Shown here in pieces: positions 12,698 through 22,003 of a DNA stretch of 64,000 nucleotides. Position numbers and translations under genes: made by a program. Within the stretch, counting starts at the first letter, position 1. Each line of letters starts with the position of its first letter. The notes below the pieces were generated by a model. It was not told the origin of the DNA. It ran no database searches and saw nothing but the letters and a program-made list of their open reading frames with translations. Source of the stretch: an uncultured Armatimonadetes bacterium (lineage in GTDB: Bacteria; Armatimonadota; UBA5829; DTJY01). Where the stretch lies: contig OY970325.1 in assembly GCA_963717145.1 (NCBI GenBank), positions 2,080,001 to 2,144,000 on the forward strand, given 5' to 3'.

Positions 12698-13173
12698 AGG
12701 AAGCCAGGAAGGCAGGAAACCAGGAAGAATCGAAATCCTAGTCGTTGTCGCTATCTGTGTGTCTGTTGGCACGGACTCGTTTGACTTGCAGAGTCACCTT
12801 CGCGAAGTTCATCAGCAAACCGTGCTCACATCCGGCGGCACGCAAGTATGACCGGACAATTGCGAAATGCACATCTTCGAGAGTCTTGATGGCCTTAAGC
12901 TCAACTACAATCGTGTCATTGACGAATAGATCCAGGCGATGCATGCCGATCTCGACGCCATCATATTCGATGGACAACGGAACCTGCTGGCGAACTGACA
13001 AACCATTCTTCTCCAACTCAAGAACGAGAGCATTCTCGTATATGGATTCGAGAAACCCGGGGCCGAGCCTGCGATGAACCTCAATACCTGATCCGATGAT
13101 CTTGTCGGTAAGCTCACCATGTTCAAGGGCCATTTTCCAATCCTTCCTGGCTTCCTGAATTTCCTGGCTTCCT
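12698..13173. mobile_element. Putative cassette: GxxExxY gene framed by ~39-bp inverted repeats
   Basis: 12698-12735 AGGAAGCCAGGAAGGCAGGAAACCAGGAAGAATCGAAA versus reverse complement of 13134-13173 AGGAAGCCAGGAAATTCAGGAAGCCAGGAAGGATTGGAAA. Confidence 0.6.
12738..13133 (-). CDS. GxxExxY protein (PD-(D/E)XK nuclease-like)
   Basis: EVHRRLGPGFLESIYENAL, RLDLFV, VELKA, LLMNF. Confidence 0.93.
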   Translation of the reverse strand: MALEHGELTDKIIGSGIEVHRRLGPGFLESIYENALVLELEKNGLSVRQQVPLSIEYDGVEIGMHRLDLFVNDTIVVELKAIKTLEDVHFAIVRSYLRAAGCEHGLLMNFAKVTLQVKRVRANRHTDSDND

Positions 13174-13957
13174 AAGAGATTCTCCCCAATAGCTCGCGTA
13201 GCTCTTTGATGATAATGGTCGGCTTCATATCCGGGGGCGCGGCCTCGACGTCCGCCATCGTTCCGATGCCCGTCAGGACGAGGACCGTGGTCGCGCCGAT
13301 TCGGTTGCCCGCCAGGATGTCGGTATCGAGCCGGTCACCCACGACGACCGTATCCGCGGGAGTCGCATGCGCCAACTGGAGGATCTCGTGCATGGCGGTG
13401 ATCTCGGGCTTCCCGATCATGATCGGCTCGACTCCCGTCGCGGCCTTGATTGCAGCGACGAGCACGCCGTTGCCCGGAACGACTCGGCCTTCCTCGAGAG
13501 GGAAAGTCGTGTCCGGATTCGTCGCGATGAAGGCCGCCCCACCGAGAATCGCGCGCTGAGCCCTGACGAGTGTGTCGTAGTTGAACTTGCGGTCGATGCC
13601 GACCACGACATATTCCACGGGCTCGTCGTCTGTCAGGTCCATCCCGATCGCCTCGAGTTCGCCCAGCAGACCGAATTCCCCGATTGCAAGACAGGAAGCG
13701 CCACAGGCTCCGTTCTCGGTCAGATAGAGCGCGGTGGCATAACCGGCGGTCATGATGTGGTCTATGTCCGCGGAGACGCCCATTCGCTGGAGCTTCTCCT
13801 GGTAGAAGGGTCGGGACTTGCTGGAGTTATTGGTGAAGAAGTAGACCTGATGGCCGAGACGCCGGAGGGACTGAATCGTGTCCGCCGCGCCGGGGAGAGG
13901 CTGTTCCCCGCGGTAGACGACTCCGTCGAGGTCGAATACGAACGTCCTGACAGCCAA
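13172..13957 (-). CDS. HAD-IIA family hydrolase (NagD-like)
   Basis: FDLDGV, TNNS, ATNPD, IGKP, VGDRLDTDI. Confidence 0.93.
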   Translation of the reverse strand: MAVRTFVFDLDGVVYRGEQPLPGAADTIQSLRRLGHQVYFFTNNSSKSRPFYQEKLQRMGVSADIDHIMTAGYATALYLTENGACGASCLAIGEFGLLGELEAIGMDLTDDEPVEYVVVGIDRKFNYDTLVRAQRAILGGAAFIATNPDTTFPLEEGRVVPGNGVLVAAIKAATGVEPIMIGKPEITAMHEILQLAHATPADTVVVGDRLDTDILAGNRIGATTVLVLTGIGTMADVEAAPPDMKPTIIIKELRELLGRIS

Positions 13958-14030
13958 AATGTGCCCACCTTATCTAGCTCGAATATGGCACATTCTAGCA
14001 CGAGGGCATGATTCCCGTCAACGCGCCGAA

Positions 14031-15385
14031 TTGCTTCACGAACGATGTTACCGAAACGGAAACGTTGCCTCAGATAAGAATGTTACCGAAACTGAGGCAT
14101 GGAGAAGATGACAACTGCATCCGTAAGAGAAGTCGTGAGGCGCAAACGCAAAGAATATGGCAAAGCCACCAAATCGGAGAAGAAGCTGGTATTGAGTGAA
14201 GTCCAGGGATTGACCGGTTACCACAGGAAGTCGCTGGTGAGGCTGTTCGCGAAAGGAGTTCCACCAGCGAGGAGTCCAGTGAGACGCGCAAGGAAGTCGA
14301 AATACGAGCCGATAGCCCACAAGCTGAAGACACTCTGGGCTGCGAGTTTCTACGCGTGCGGTAAGCGTCTGCAGCCGTTTCTGACTGAGTTTCTACCCAT
14401 ACTGGAGTCATTCGGGGAGATAACGGTTACACCAGAAGAAGAGAGGCTGCTTAACTCGATCAGCGCGTCGAGCATCGACAGGTTGATGAAGAAGGAGCGG
14501 TCTGCCCTATCGCTAACAGGGAGGACCTTAACAAAGCCGGGGACACTGCTTCGGTCTCAGATCCCGGTGAGGACGTTTGCCGACTGGGATGAAGCTGAGC
14601 CTGGGTTCTTCGAGATGGACTTGGTGGGTCATTGCGGAGGTGACGGGAGCGGAGAGTTCCTGTATACTTTGACTATGACTGATGTAGCGACCGGATGGGT
14701 AGCGCTTGATGGAATGAAAGGCCGAGGGGAGCACGGAACCGTGCTTGCGGTGCAGTCCGCGTCCAAGAGCGCACCGTTTGCAGTCAGAGGCATAGATACC
14801 GACAACGGCGGCGAGTTCATCAACCATCACATGAACAAGTACTGTCGAGCGCACAGGATCACGTTTACGCGCAGTCGGCCTTACAAGAAGAACGATCAAT
14901 GTCATGTAGAGCAGAAGAACTGGAGCGTAGTCCGGCAGTTTATAGGTTACCGGCGATTCGAGACGGACGAGCAGCTTGCGGTACTAAAGGCGATATATCC
15001 GCTGATCGTGGCGTATCACAACTTCTGTCAGCCCATGATGCGTCTTAAAGAAAAGGAGCGGATTGGGAGTAAAGTGATCAAACGCTATGAGCCTGCGATG
15101 ACGCCGTACCGCAAGCTGATAAGTGTTGAAGGATGGCTTGACGATGAAGCAAAGGATCGCCTCGATAAAGAACGTAGAGCGACGAACCCGGTGGAGCTAC
15201 TAAGACGCATCCACAGGCTATCATCAAAGCTTGACAGGATGCCGAATAAAGACAGATCGAAAGCGAGCAAGGCGCGGCCCTGAGCGGCGATCAAGAGCCG
15301 ATCTGACATACTTGAACACACTACTTGGTAACATTATCAATGACGCAACGAATGGCGTTTCGGTAACAAAGTTAAATGAGGCAAC
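14031..15385 (+). mobile_element. Insertion sequence with doubled terminal inverted motifs (ISNCY-like; exact ends uncertain)
   Basis: TTGCNTCA-N8/9-TGTTACCGAAAC at 14031-14057 and 14065-14092; inverted copies at ~15325-15350 and 15357-15385; flanks a transposase. Confidence 0.8.
14099..15283 (+). CDS. DDE integrase-core transposase
   Basis: FEMDLVGHCG, DTDNGGEF, FTRSRPYKKND, HVEQKN; N-terminal HTH GYHRKSLVRL. Confidence 0.93.
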   Translation: MEKMTTASVREVVRRKRKEYGKATKSEKKLVLSEVQGLTGYHRKSLVRLFAKGVPPARSPVRRARKSKYEPIAHKLKTLWAASFYACGKRLQPFLTEFLPILESFGEITVTPEEERLLNSISASSIDRLMKKERSALSLTGRTLTKPGTLLRSQIPVRTFADWDEAEPGFFEMDLVGHCGGDGSGEFLYTLTMTDVATGWVALDGMKGRGEHGTVLAVQSASKSAPFAVRGIDTDNGGEFINHHMNKYCRAHRITFTRSRPYKKNDQCHVEQKNWSVVRQFIGYRRFETDEQLAVLKAIYPLIVAYHNFCQPMMRLKEKERIGSKVIKRYEPAMTPYRKLISVEGWLDDEAKDRLDKERRATNPVELLRRIHRLSSKLDRMPNKDRSKASKARP

Positions 15386-15467
15386 ACGCGCGCTGCCCCC
15401 TCTGTCATCTTGAGCGGAACGAAGCATGACAACCGTGCGTCTAGTAATGATAGTGAAGCCTGCGCTT

Positions 15468-15483
15468 TGGCACGATTCTTGCA
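15468..15483 (+). promoter_or_regulatory. Sigma54 (-24/-12) promoter of the S8 peptidase
   Basis: TGGCAC-GATTC-TTGCA, exact consensus, 44 bp before the start codon. Confidence 0.7.
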
Positions 15484-15526
15484 CTTAGGGACCATTGATC
15501 AGCCAGATCTTGGGAGGCGGTCAACC

Positions 15527-18496
15527 GTGCGCTTCTCCGCGTTCATTCTCGCCGCTATAATACTGCTCACCACCGGCCCGGTATTTGCATCCGACGCAAC
15601 GATCCAACTGAAGTACGCCACCTTCGATCCACTCGCGGGTGAACCGAATGTGCCGAGTGATCTGCGCGCAGTAGAGACGCCGGGACAGACTGGCTACTAC
15701 ATAGTCCAGTTCGGAGGCCCAGTCGATGACGGCATGAAAGACGAGGTCATCTCTCTGGGGGCCGAACTGCTCGACTACGTCCCGGATTTCGCGTTCATCA
15801 CACGCATGACGCCTGAGATCGCGGCAAACGTCGCGCAGACGGACTTCGTCCGATGGGTCGGCCTCTATCATCCCGCCTACAGCATCAGCCCACGGTTCGC
15901 AAAGGTCAGAGCCGCCGCGAGTGTCAAGGCCACCGTCCTCATGTTTCCCGGCGAAAGCGCCGCTGATGTGGCGGTCGAAGTGACGAAGTCGGCTGGGACC
16001 GTTCACGCATCCGGGTCGGGCAACAATCCATATGTCGAAACGACGATACCCGCACAGGCGATAAGCGGGATCGCGAGAAAACGCGGCGTTGCATGGATCG
16101 AGCCGGTGGTTGAGCGCAAGCTCTTCAACGACGTATCGCGCGGGATAATGAGCGTGAACTCGACATGGAGCGGCATCGGCATCTACGGCAGCGGCGAGAT
16201 GGTGGCAATCGCCGACACCGGCCTCGATACCGGGAGCTTGAACACGATCTCCGCAGACTTCGCCGGGAGAGTATACAAAACCTACAAGCTCGGACGGAGC
16301 AACAAGTGGGACGATCCGGACGCCCACGGGACGCACGTCGCCGGCTCGGTCCTCGGAAGCGGGGTCCTCTCCGGAAGCAACCCGGCCTCCCACAGCTATG
16401 CGACGTCATTCGCTGGGACGGCGCCCGAAGCTCAACTGGTCTTCCAGTCGCTAATAAACGCATCAGGGACACTGAGCGGGATCCCGTCCGATCTCAATAC
16501 CCTCTACCAGCCAACCTATACCGACGGTGCGCGCGTCCATACAAACAGTTGGGGAGCGCCCAACAATGGAACCTACAACACCGATTCGCGCAACACGGAT
16601 ATGTTCATGTGGAACCACAAGGATATGACGATCCTGTTTTCGGCCGGCAACGAAGGGACAGACAGCAACTCCGACGGCGTTGTGGATGCCGACTCAATCG
16701 GGACACCGGGGACGGCCAAGAACTGCATCACGGTCGGCGCGAGCGAGAACTATCGGCCCTCGGGAGGCGCGCAGGGTACATATGGCGCATACTGGCCGAG
16801 CGATTTTCCGGCCAATCCTCTGAACAGCGACAGAGTGAGCAACAATTCCTCCGGCATGGTCGCATTCAGCAGCCGCGGCCCGACGGACGATAACCGCATC
16901 AAGCCGGACATAGTCGCGCCCGGGACCAACGTCATTTCTGCTCGATCTCACGGAAACGGATCCGGCACACTCTGGGGCGTCTACAACAACGATTACCTCT
17001 ACTCAGGCGGCACAAGCATGTCCACCCCGATCGTCGCCGGAACCTGCGCGCTCGTGAGAGAGTATTACCGCACACAGAGAAGCCACGTCCCGACTGCGGC
17101 CCTCATCAAGGCCACGCTGCTCAATGGCGCAACAGAATTGAACCCCGGCCAGTATGGAAGCGGGAGCACGCGGGAGATATCGAGCAATCGGCCGAACAAC
17201 GTCGAGGGATGGGGCCGAGTCGATCTCGCCTACAGCATAATGCCCACCGCCCCCAGAATGGTCGAATACGTCGACAACACCACCGGATTGAGCACCGGCG
17301 GATCGGCCATCCACACATATGGCGTCTGGGCGGCGACCAGCCCGCTTCGGATTACCCTGGTGTGGACGGACTATCCCTCACTGACATCGGCATCCGTCAA
17401 CCTGGTGAACGACCTCGACTTGACCGTGCAGCCGCCGAGCGGTCCCCTCCTGCGCGGAAACGGCACGACGGATCGGCGGAACAACGTCGAGGGAGTCGAT
17501 ATCGCTTCCCCGGCGGCGGGAAGCTACACCATCACGGTCACGGGCTACAACATACCGAACGGACCCCAGCCCTTCGCGATCGTGGTCTCAGGTGTGCTCG
17601 GAACTCCGCCGCCCCCGCCGACCGCCGTGATCGATTTCCCAGCGGACGGCCAGATCCTCGCGGGCAAGGTGAGCCTCAGAGGGACGGCATCGGGCGCGAG
17701 CTTCCTCAACTACACTCTCGAGTATGGGTCGGGATCGTCGCCGTCTTCATGGACGATGATCGGCAGCGCGCACACCACGCCGGTTACCAATGGGCTGCTC
17801 GGACAATGGGATACGACGTTGGTGCCAAACGGCACGTACACTGTCCGACTCACTGCCCGGAATGACGCGGCATCGACCACGGACACACTGGCAGTTTCGG
17901 TCCTTCACACCTCTTTGGCGGCTGCAAAGAGCAACTCGGACGGGACGCCGATCACTCTCACTGGTATGGTCGTGAGCGCAACTTCTTCGCAACTGGCCGG
18001 CTCGATGTGGGTTCAGGAACTGGATCGAGCGTCGGGCATCAGGATAAACTCCGCGTCCCTGCCAACGACCCTCGTGGGACAGATCGTCACGGTTCAGGGG
18101 ACGATCTCGACATCCGGAGGCGAGCGCGTGATCATCAATCCTGTCGTCGGAGGGACGGGAACAGCCGTGGTCCCGAAGCCGCTTTCGATAGCGAACCGAA
18201 GCATCGGGGGAGGCGCGGCAAACCCCGCTGACACCGGACTGGCGAACGTCGGCCTGCTCGTAACGATCTGGGGCGAAGTGACATACGTGGGTTCGGACTA
18301 CTTCTATGCGGACGACGGCTCGAACCTCGCAGACGGATCGGGAAACCGAGGCGTGAAGGTACATACCCGCACTCTGACGCGGCCATCCTTCGGACAGACC
18401 GCGGTGGTGACCGGGATGTGTTCCGCGGAAGTGGTCGGTTCCGTCACGCGCCGAGTCATCCGCCCGCGCATCCAGACGGATCTGGTGTACCGCTAA
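15527..18496 (+). CDS. Secreted S8 (subtilisin/KP-43-like) serine peptidase with Ig-like domain and C-terminal shared module
   Basis: GTG 15527 with GGAGG RBS; catalytic motifs IADTGLD, HGTHVAG, GGTSMSTP; C-terminal GLANVGLLVTIWGEVT...FYADDGS. Confidence 0.93.
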   Translation: MRFSAFILAAIILLTTGPVFASDATIQLKYATFDPLAGEPNVPSDLRAVETPGQTGYYIVQFGGPVDDGMKDEVISLGAELLDYVPDFAFITRMTPEIAANVAQTDFVRWVGLYHPAYSISPRFAKVRAAASVKATVLMFPGESAADVAVEVTKSAGTVHASGSGNNPYVETTIPAQAISGIARKRGVAWIEPVVERKLFNDVSRGIMSVNSTWSGIGIYGSGEMVAIADTGLDTGSLNTISADFAGRVYKTYKLGRSNKWDDPDAHGTHVAGSVLGSGVLSGSNPASHSYATSFAGTAPEAQLVFQSLINASGTLSGIPSDLNTLYQPTYTDGARVHTNSWGAPNNGTYNTDSRNTDMFMWNHKDMTILFSAGNEGTDSNSDGVVDADSIGTPGTAKNCITVGASENYRPSGGAQGTYGAYWPSDFPANPLNSDRVSNNSSGMVAFSSRGPTDDNRIKPDIVAPGTNVISARSHGNGSGTLWGVYNNDYLYSGGTSMSTPIVAGTCALVREYYRTQRSHVPTAALIKATLLNGATELNPGQYGSGSTREISSNRPNNVEGWGRVDLAYSIMPTAPRMVEYVDNTTGLSTGGSAIHTYGVWAATSPLRITLVWTDYPSLTSASVNLVNDLDLTVQPPSGPLLRGNGTTDRRNNVEGVDIASPAAGSYTITVTGYNIPNGPQPFAIVVSGVLGTPPPPPTAVIDFPADGQILAGKVSLRGTASGASFLNYTLEYGSGSSPSSWTMIGSAHTTPVTNGLLGQWDTTLVPNGTYTVRLTARNDAASTTDTLAVSVLHTSLAAAKSNSDGTPITLTGMVVSATSSQLAGSMWVQELDRASGIRINSASLPTTLVGQIVTVQGTISTSGGERVIINPVVGGTGTAVVPKPLSIANRSIGGGAANPADTGLANVGLLVTIWGEVTYVGSDYFYADDGSNLADGSGNRGVKVHTRTLTRPSFGQTAVVTGMCSAEVVGSVTRRVIRPRIQTDLVYR

Positions 18497-18724
18497 CGTC
18501 GAGACACTCAACAGCCAAATGTGAACGAAATATACCTGTATCGTCACGCTCCTGACATTGACGGGGGGAGGTATCCGTCGTAAAGTATATTGATATTGAC
18601 CTGCCACTCAGACTACCCATGCATGAGTGTAAAGTTCACTAGGGAAGCTCAGCATGCGGCAGGTGCTTCGCACGAACCGAAGAGTCGCAGCAGAACTGAA
18701 GTCAATATCCAGGAGGCGTCACCC

Positions 18725-19861
18725 GTGAAATCCGCAGTACGATTGGCTTTGCCCCTCCTCATTCTGCTGGGCATGATTCCACCGGCGTTGGGGATGACCG
18801 AATTCCGGGGATTGTATGTGGATGCTTTTCACCCAGGCATCAAGACGCACGAAGAAGTCACCCAGATGGTGAGCGCCGCCAAGGCGGCGAACTTCAATGC
18901 TCTGATCGTGCAGGTTCGCAAGAGAGGAGATGCCTACTACAACTCGAAGATCGAGCCGAAGGCATCCGATATTGCAACTGACTACGATCCCCTGGCCGAT
19001 GTTGTCAAGCAAGCGCATGCAGCAGGTCTGGAGGTTCATGCTTGGCTCACAGTTTACGAAGTGTCGAACAAGCTCTACAATCTTGGGTCGGCTCATGTCA
19101 GTATTGCCCACCCCGAGTGGCTGATGAAGAACAGCTCAGGTGAGGCGATCCTGACGCGCGGTGCAATGTGTCTTGATCCGGGCATTCCACAAGTCCAGCA
19201 ACACCTGCTATGCGTGATCATGGACGTCGCCCGGGGGTATGCCGTCGACGGAATCCACCTGGACAAGATCGTCTATCCCGATACCTCATGTGGCTACAAC
19301 GAGATCAGCCTGACACGCTTCAATCAGCAGTTCGGGCGCGCCGGTTCTCCCAGCAATGATGATTCGGAGTGGGTCCAATGGAGGTGCGATCAGGTGACAG
19401 GCTTGGTCCGCGCGGCCCAGCAGGCCATAGCTGCAATCAGACCTGCAGTCAAGCTCTCGGTCGCAGTCACATCAGACGCGCCGGAGTCATCAGCATCGGT
19501 GAGCCTGCAGGAGTGGTCGACATGGGTGAGCGAAGGCGCAGTTGATTTCGTCGTGCCCATGATGTTTTTCGACAAGGACTGGATGGAATGCCATGCTCGC
19601 AATGCGGTTCGTTCGGCCCATGATCGTGCCGTCTACATCGGCGTGGGAACATACCAACTGTCACCCGAAATGGCACGAAAGCATATCTCGGATATCAGAG
19701 CTGCCGGGGGAAAAGGCATGGTTGCATACAGCTACCATTACCTTGGGCCGAACTCGGTGGGGGCTAGCGTCAAGCTATCCGATTTGGCGACGGATGTGTT
19801 TAGCGAGACGGCGAGCCCGCCAGCGATGGCATGGAAGGAATCGGAAGGGGGCGCTGACTAA
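18725..19861 (+). CDS. Glycosyl hydrolase-like 10 (GHL10/DUF187) family protein
   Basis: EFRGLYVDAF, QVRKRGDAYY, DPLA, GLEVHAW, LDPG, VDGIHLD; GTG start with GGAGG RBS. Confidence 0.88.
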   Translation: MKSAVRLALPLLILLGMIPPALGMTEFRGLYVDAFHPGIKTHEEVTQMVSAAKAANFNALIVQVRKRGDAYYNSKIEPKASDIATDYDPLADVVKQAHAAGLEVHAWLTVYEVSNKLYNLGSAHVSIAHPEWLMKNSSGEAILTRGAMCLDPGIPQVQQHLLCVIMDVARGYAVDGIHLDKIVYPDTSCGYNEISLTRFNQQFGRAGSPSNDDSEWVQWRCDQVTGLVRAAQQAIAAIRPAVKLSVAVTSDAPESSASVSLQEWSTWVSEGAVDFVVPMMFFDKDWMECHARNAVRSAHDRAVYIGVGTYQLSPEMARKHISDIRAAGGKGMVAYSYHYLGPNSVGASVKLSDLATDVFSETASPPAMAWKESEGGAD

Positions 19862-21093
19862 TGGCACTGACGCGATTCCAGTGCGCACATCTTCTCTATG
19901 CAGTGTGCATGTCATTATGTGCGGTTTCGGTCTGCTATGCAACCGACCCACCGGAGAACAATATACAGCTACATGTCACTGCTTCACCGAACCCAGTTTG
20001 TGTTGGTGGCACGGTCACATTCAGTCTGACAGCCTCCGATTCGGACTATTCATACCCTGGGCCGCAATGTGGCAACAATTATCAGGAACTCACGTTTCCC
20101 GACTGGCCTGATCCGCTGAATCCGCCACATAAGCAGATGGACGTGCATGGCCAGTGGAATGGTTCGTATGAGGGCACGTGTGATGTGGTCTACCCGAACG
20201 CAGGTGTGTTTCCAGTTCACATATCGGCCGATGACTCGGGGTGCCTAAACGATCCCCAGAAGGACTGGAACGAGGATATTAAGGTGTGCGAGCTAAGCAT
20301 CTCCTTCCCGCCAGGTGGAAATAGGAACTGGGTAGAATACGGATGTGGGGCCTACGGGTTATCCATCACATGCTCACTGGGCATCGGCTGTCCGGACGTT
20401 GACATGCCTATTATCAACACAACCGGTCCTCTGTCGGTGGACGGCTTCCCGATGACCGGAAAACTGGGCAGCAGAAGCTATCGAATCATGTTACGTGGGA
20501 GCGATCCTCAGGGCTGCGAGCAGTCTGGCACAGTGACGGCGCGGGTTGGCGACTGCCTATCTAATGCACTCTCGATTCCCGCGAAGGAATTGCCAGCGTA
20601 CACATATACCCCTGACGCCATGCAGCCGACCGTCTACTATATGGGTGAAAGGACGTTTGCAGATATTGGTGAGAGTCCACCTCTCGGTTGCTTCCCATGG
20701 GATCCGGCCTATGGCTGTATAACGACTGCAACAGGTTCGTTGTGTGTTTCCGGTTGTCCACCATATGAAGATAAGTACTACCGCGAAGAGCTGTATTGTG
20801 GTGACGGCTGCGAGGAGTGCGTCTTGGGACATGAAGCCGATGGCTACATCCCGGCAGGCTACCTAGGCTGTGCTTCTTTTCCAGATGAATATGGGTTCTT
20901 CACGTGCACATGCACCGGCGATCCAGAAAGATGGCGACGCTCTTACAAGATCAAGCAGCAATATTGGATCGGCAACTGCAAAGTATCGGAACATTGCGTA
21001 TCCATCGACCGTGACAGCTATACAGGGACCTGCTTCGACTTCACACAGACGGTAACGGTGGTCCCCACCTGGAACTGGTGTAGCTGCCAGTGA
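19861..21093 (+). CDS. Secreted Cys-rich hypothetical protein (~29 Cys)
   Basis: 410-aa ORF overlapping the upstream stop; signal-like N-terminus; PKD/Ig-like start. Confidence 0.75.
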   Translation: MALTRFQCAHLLYAVCMSLCAVSVCYATDPPENNIQLHVTASPNPVCVGGTVTFSLTASDSDYSYPGPQCGNNYQELTFPDWPDPLNPPHKQMDVHGQWNGSYEGTCDVVYPNAGVFPVHISADDSGCLNDPQKDWNEDIKVCELSISFPPGGNRNWVEYGCGAYGLSITCSLGIGCPDVDMPIINTTGPLSVDGFPMTGKLGSRSYRIMLRGSDPQGCEQSGTVTARVGDCLSNALSIPAKELPAYTYTPDAMQPTVYYMGERTFADIGESPPLGCFPWDPAYGCITTATGSLCVSGCPPYEDKYYREELYCGDGCEECVLGHEADGYIPAGYLGCASFPDEYGFFTCTCTGDPERWRRSYKIKQQYWIGNCKVSEHCVSIDRDSYTGTCFDFTQTVTVVPTWNWCSCQ

Positions 21094-21130
21094 TCGCCAG
21101 TGCGACAGACTGCCATAGGAGGAGTTTAGG

Positions 21131-21901
21131 ATGCGTGTATCTGTTCACCATAGAATATTTTGCTGTCTTACGATAGCAGCCGCGCTGTGCGCTTATGTCG
21201 ATGCGTCACCTGTCAAGACTGCCCCGTCTGACAGGCTCAAGGCCGCACTTGACATAGGGATGCCCGGACAGGATGCCAAGGGCGAGAAGCTTGACCGATT
21301 GATCCGGGACGTGCTCTACTACACGCAGCAGGCGTCTGGTGCGTCGGTTAATGTTTCGATCGAGTATGACTCGTCGGCCAAGGGGCCGCTAGTGACTGCG
21401 AAGATTCCCGTGGGTTCTCTGCGCAGCCAACTCGATGCAATCTCAGACTCAGCCAGCTACAGTTGGACGGCTGACGGCGATTGGGTCGAGTTCATCCCAC
21501 GATCCAAAGCCAACGACCCACAATACATCTTGAACAAGCGCATACCTGGCAGGGTGGTGGTGACTCGTGATCCGCTGAGGGCTACATCCATCAAGGAATG
21601 GCTTGCAGCCAATAATGTTAGCACTACTAGGGATATCCATCGACTCCGGTTCATTGCCGATCCGTCAAAACCCGTACGAGAGGACACGAACTGGAAGCCT
21701 GTCTCGTTCTCGGTCGAATTGCAGGATCCCACACTGAGGGAGTATGCTGTGGCCACCGAGGCCCTGTACGGTCATGATATATGCACCATGATAGTGAAGG
21801 AAGCTCGTGGCAAAGATGGCAAGGTGCAGAGCGTATCCCTCACCTCTTGGGGACAGTGCACAAAGCCCATACCGAAGGACAAGCAGCCCGCCAAGCAGTA
21901 G
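21131..21901 (+). CDS. Secreted hypothetical protein
   Basis: 256-aa ORF, AGGAGGAG RBS, signal peptide. Confidence 0.75.
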   Translation: MRVSVHHRIFCCLTIAAALCAYVDASPVKTAPSDRLKAALDIGMPGQDAKGEKLDRLIRDVLYYTQQASGASVNVSIEYDSSAKGPLVTAKIPVGSLRSQLDAISDSASYSWTADGDWVEFIPRSKANDPQYILNKRIPGRVVVTRDPLRATSIKEWLAANNVSTTRDIHRLRFIADPSKPVREDTNWKPVSFSVELQDPTLREYAVATEALYGHDICTMIVKEARGKDGKVQSVSLTSWGQCTKPIPKDKQPAKQ

Positions 21902-21953
21902 TCATGATGCAGGGCAGGCACTGGTAGGCCTTGATGAACGCTTTCTGGGCGAG

Positions 21954-22003
21954 GTAACAGCCCGTAGAGGAGGTCTTAGAAGGCTTCCTCTACGGGCTGT
22001 TAC
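21954..22003. terminator. Hairpin between convergent genes
   Basis: 18-bp stem GTAACAGCCCGTAGAGGA/TCCTCTACGGGCTGTTAC. Confidence 0.6.

Noticed and set aside
12688-12737. TPP riboswitch upstream of thiD
   Set aside because: No CUGAGA/ACCUG TPP core; the space is occupied by the cassette inverted repeat.
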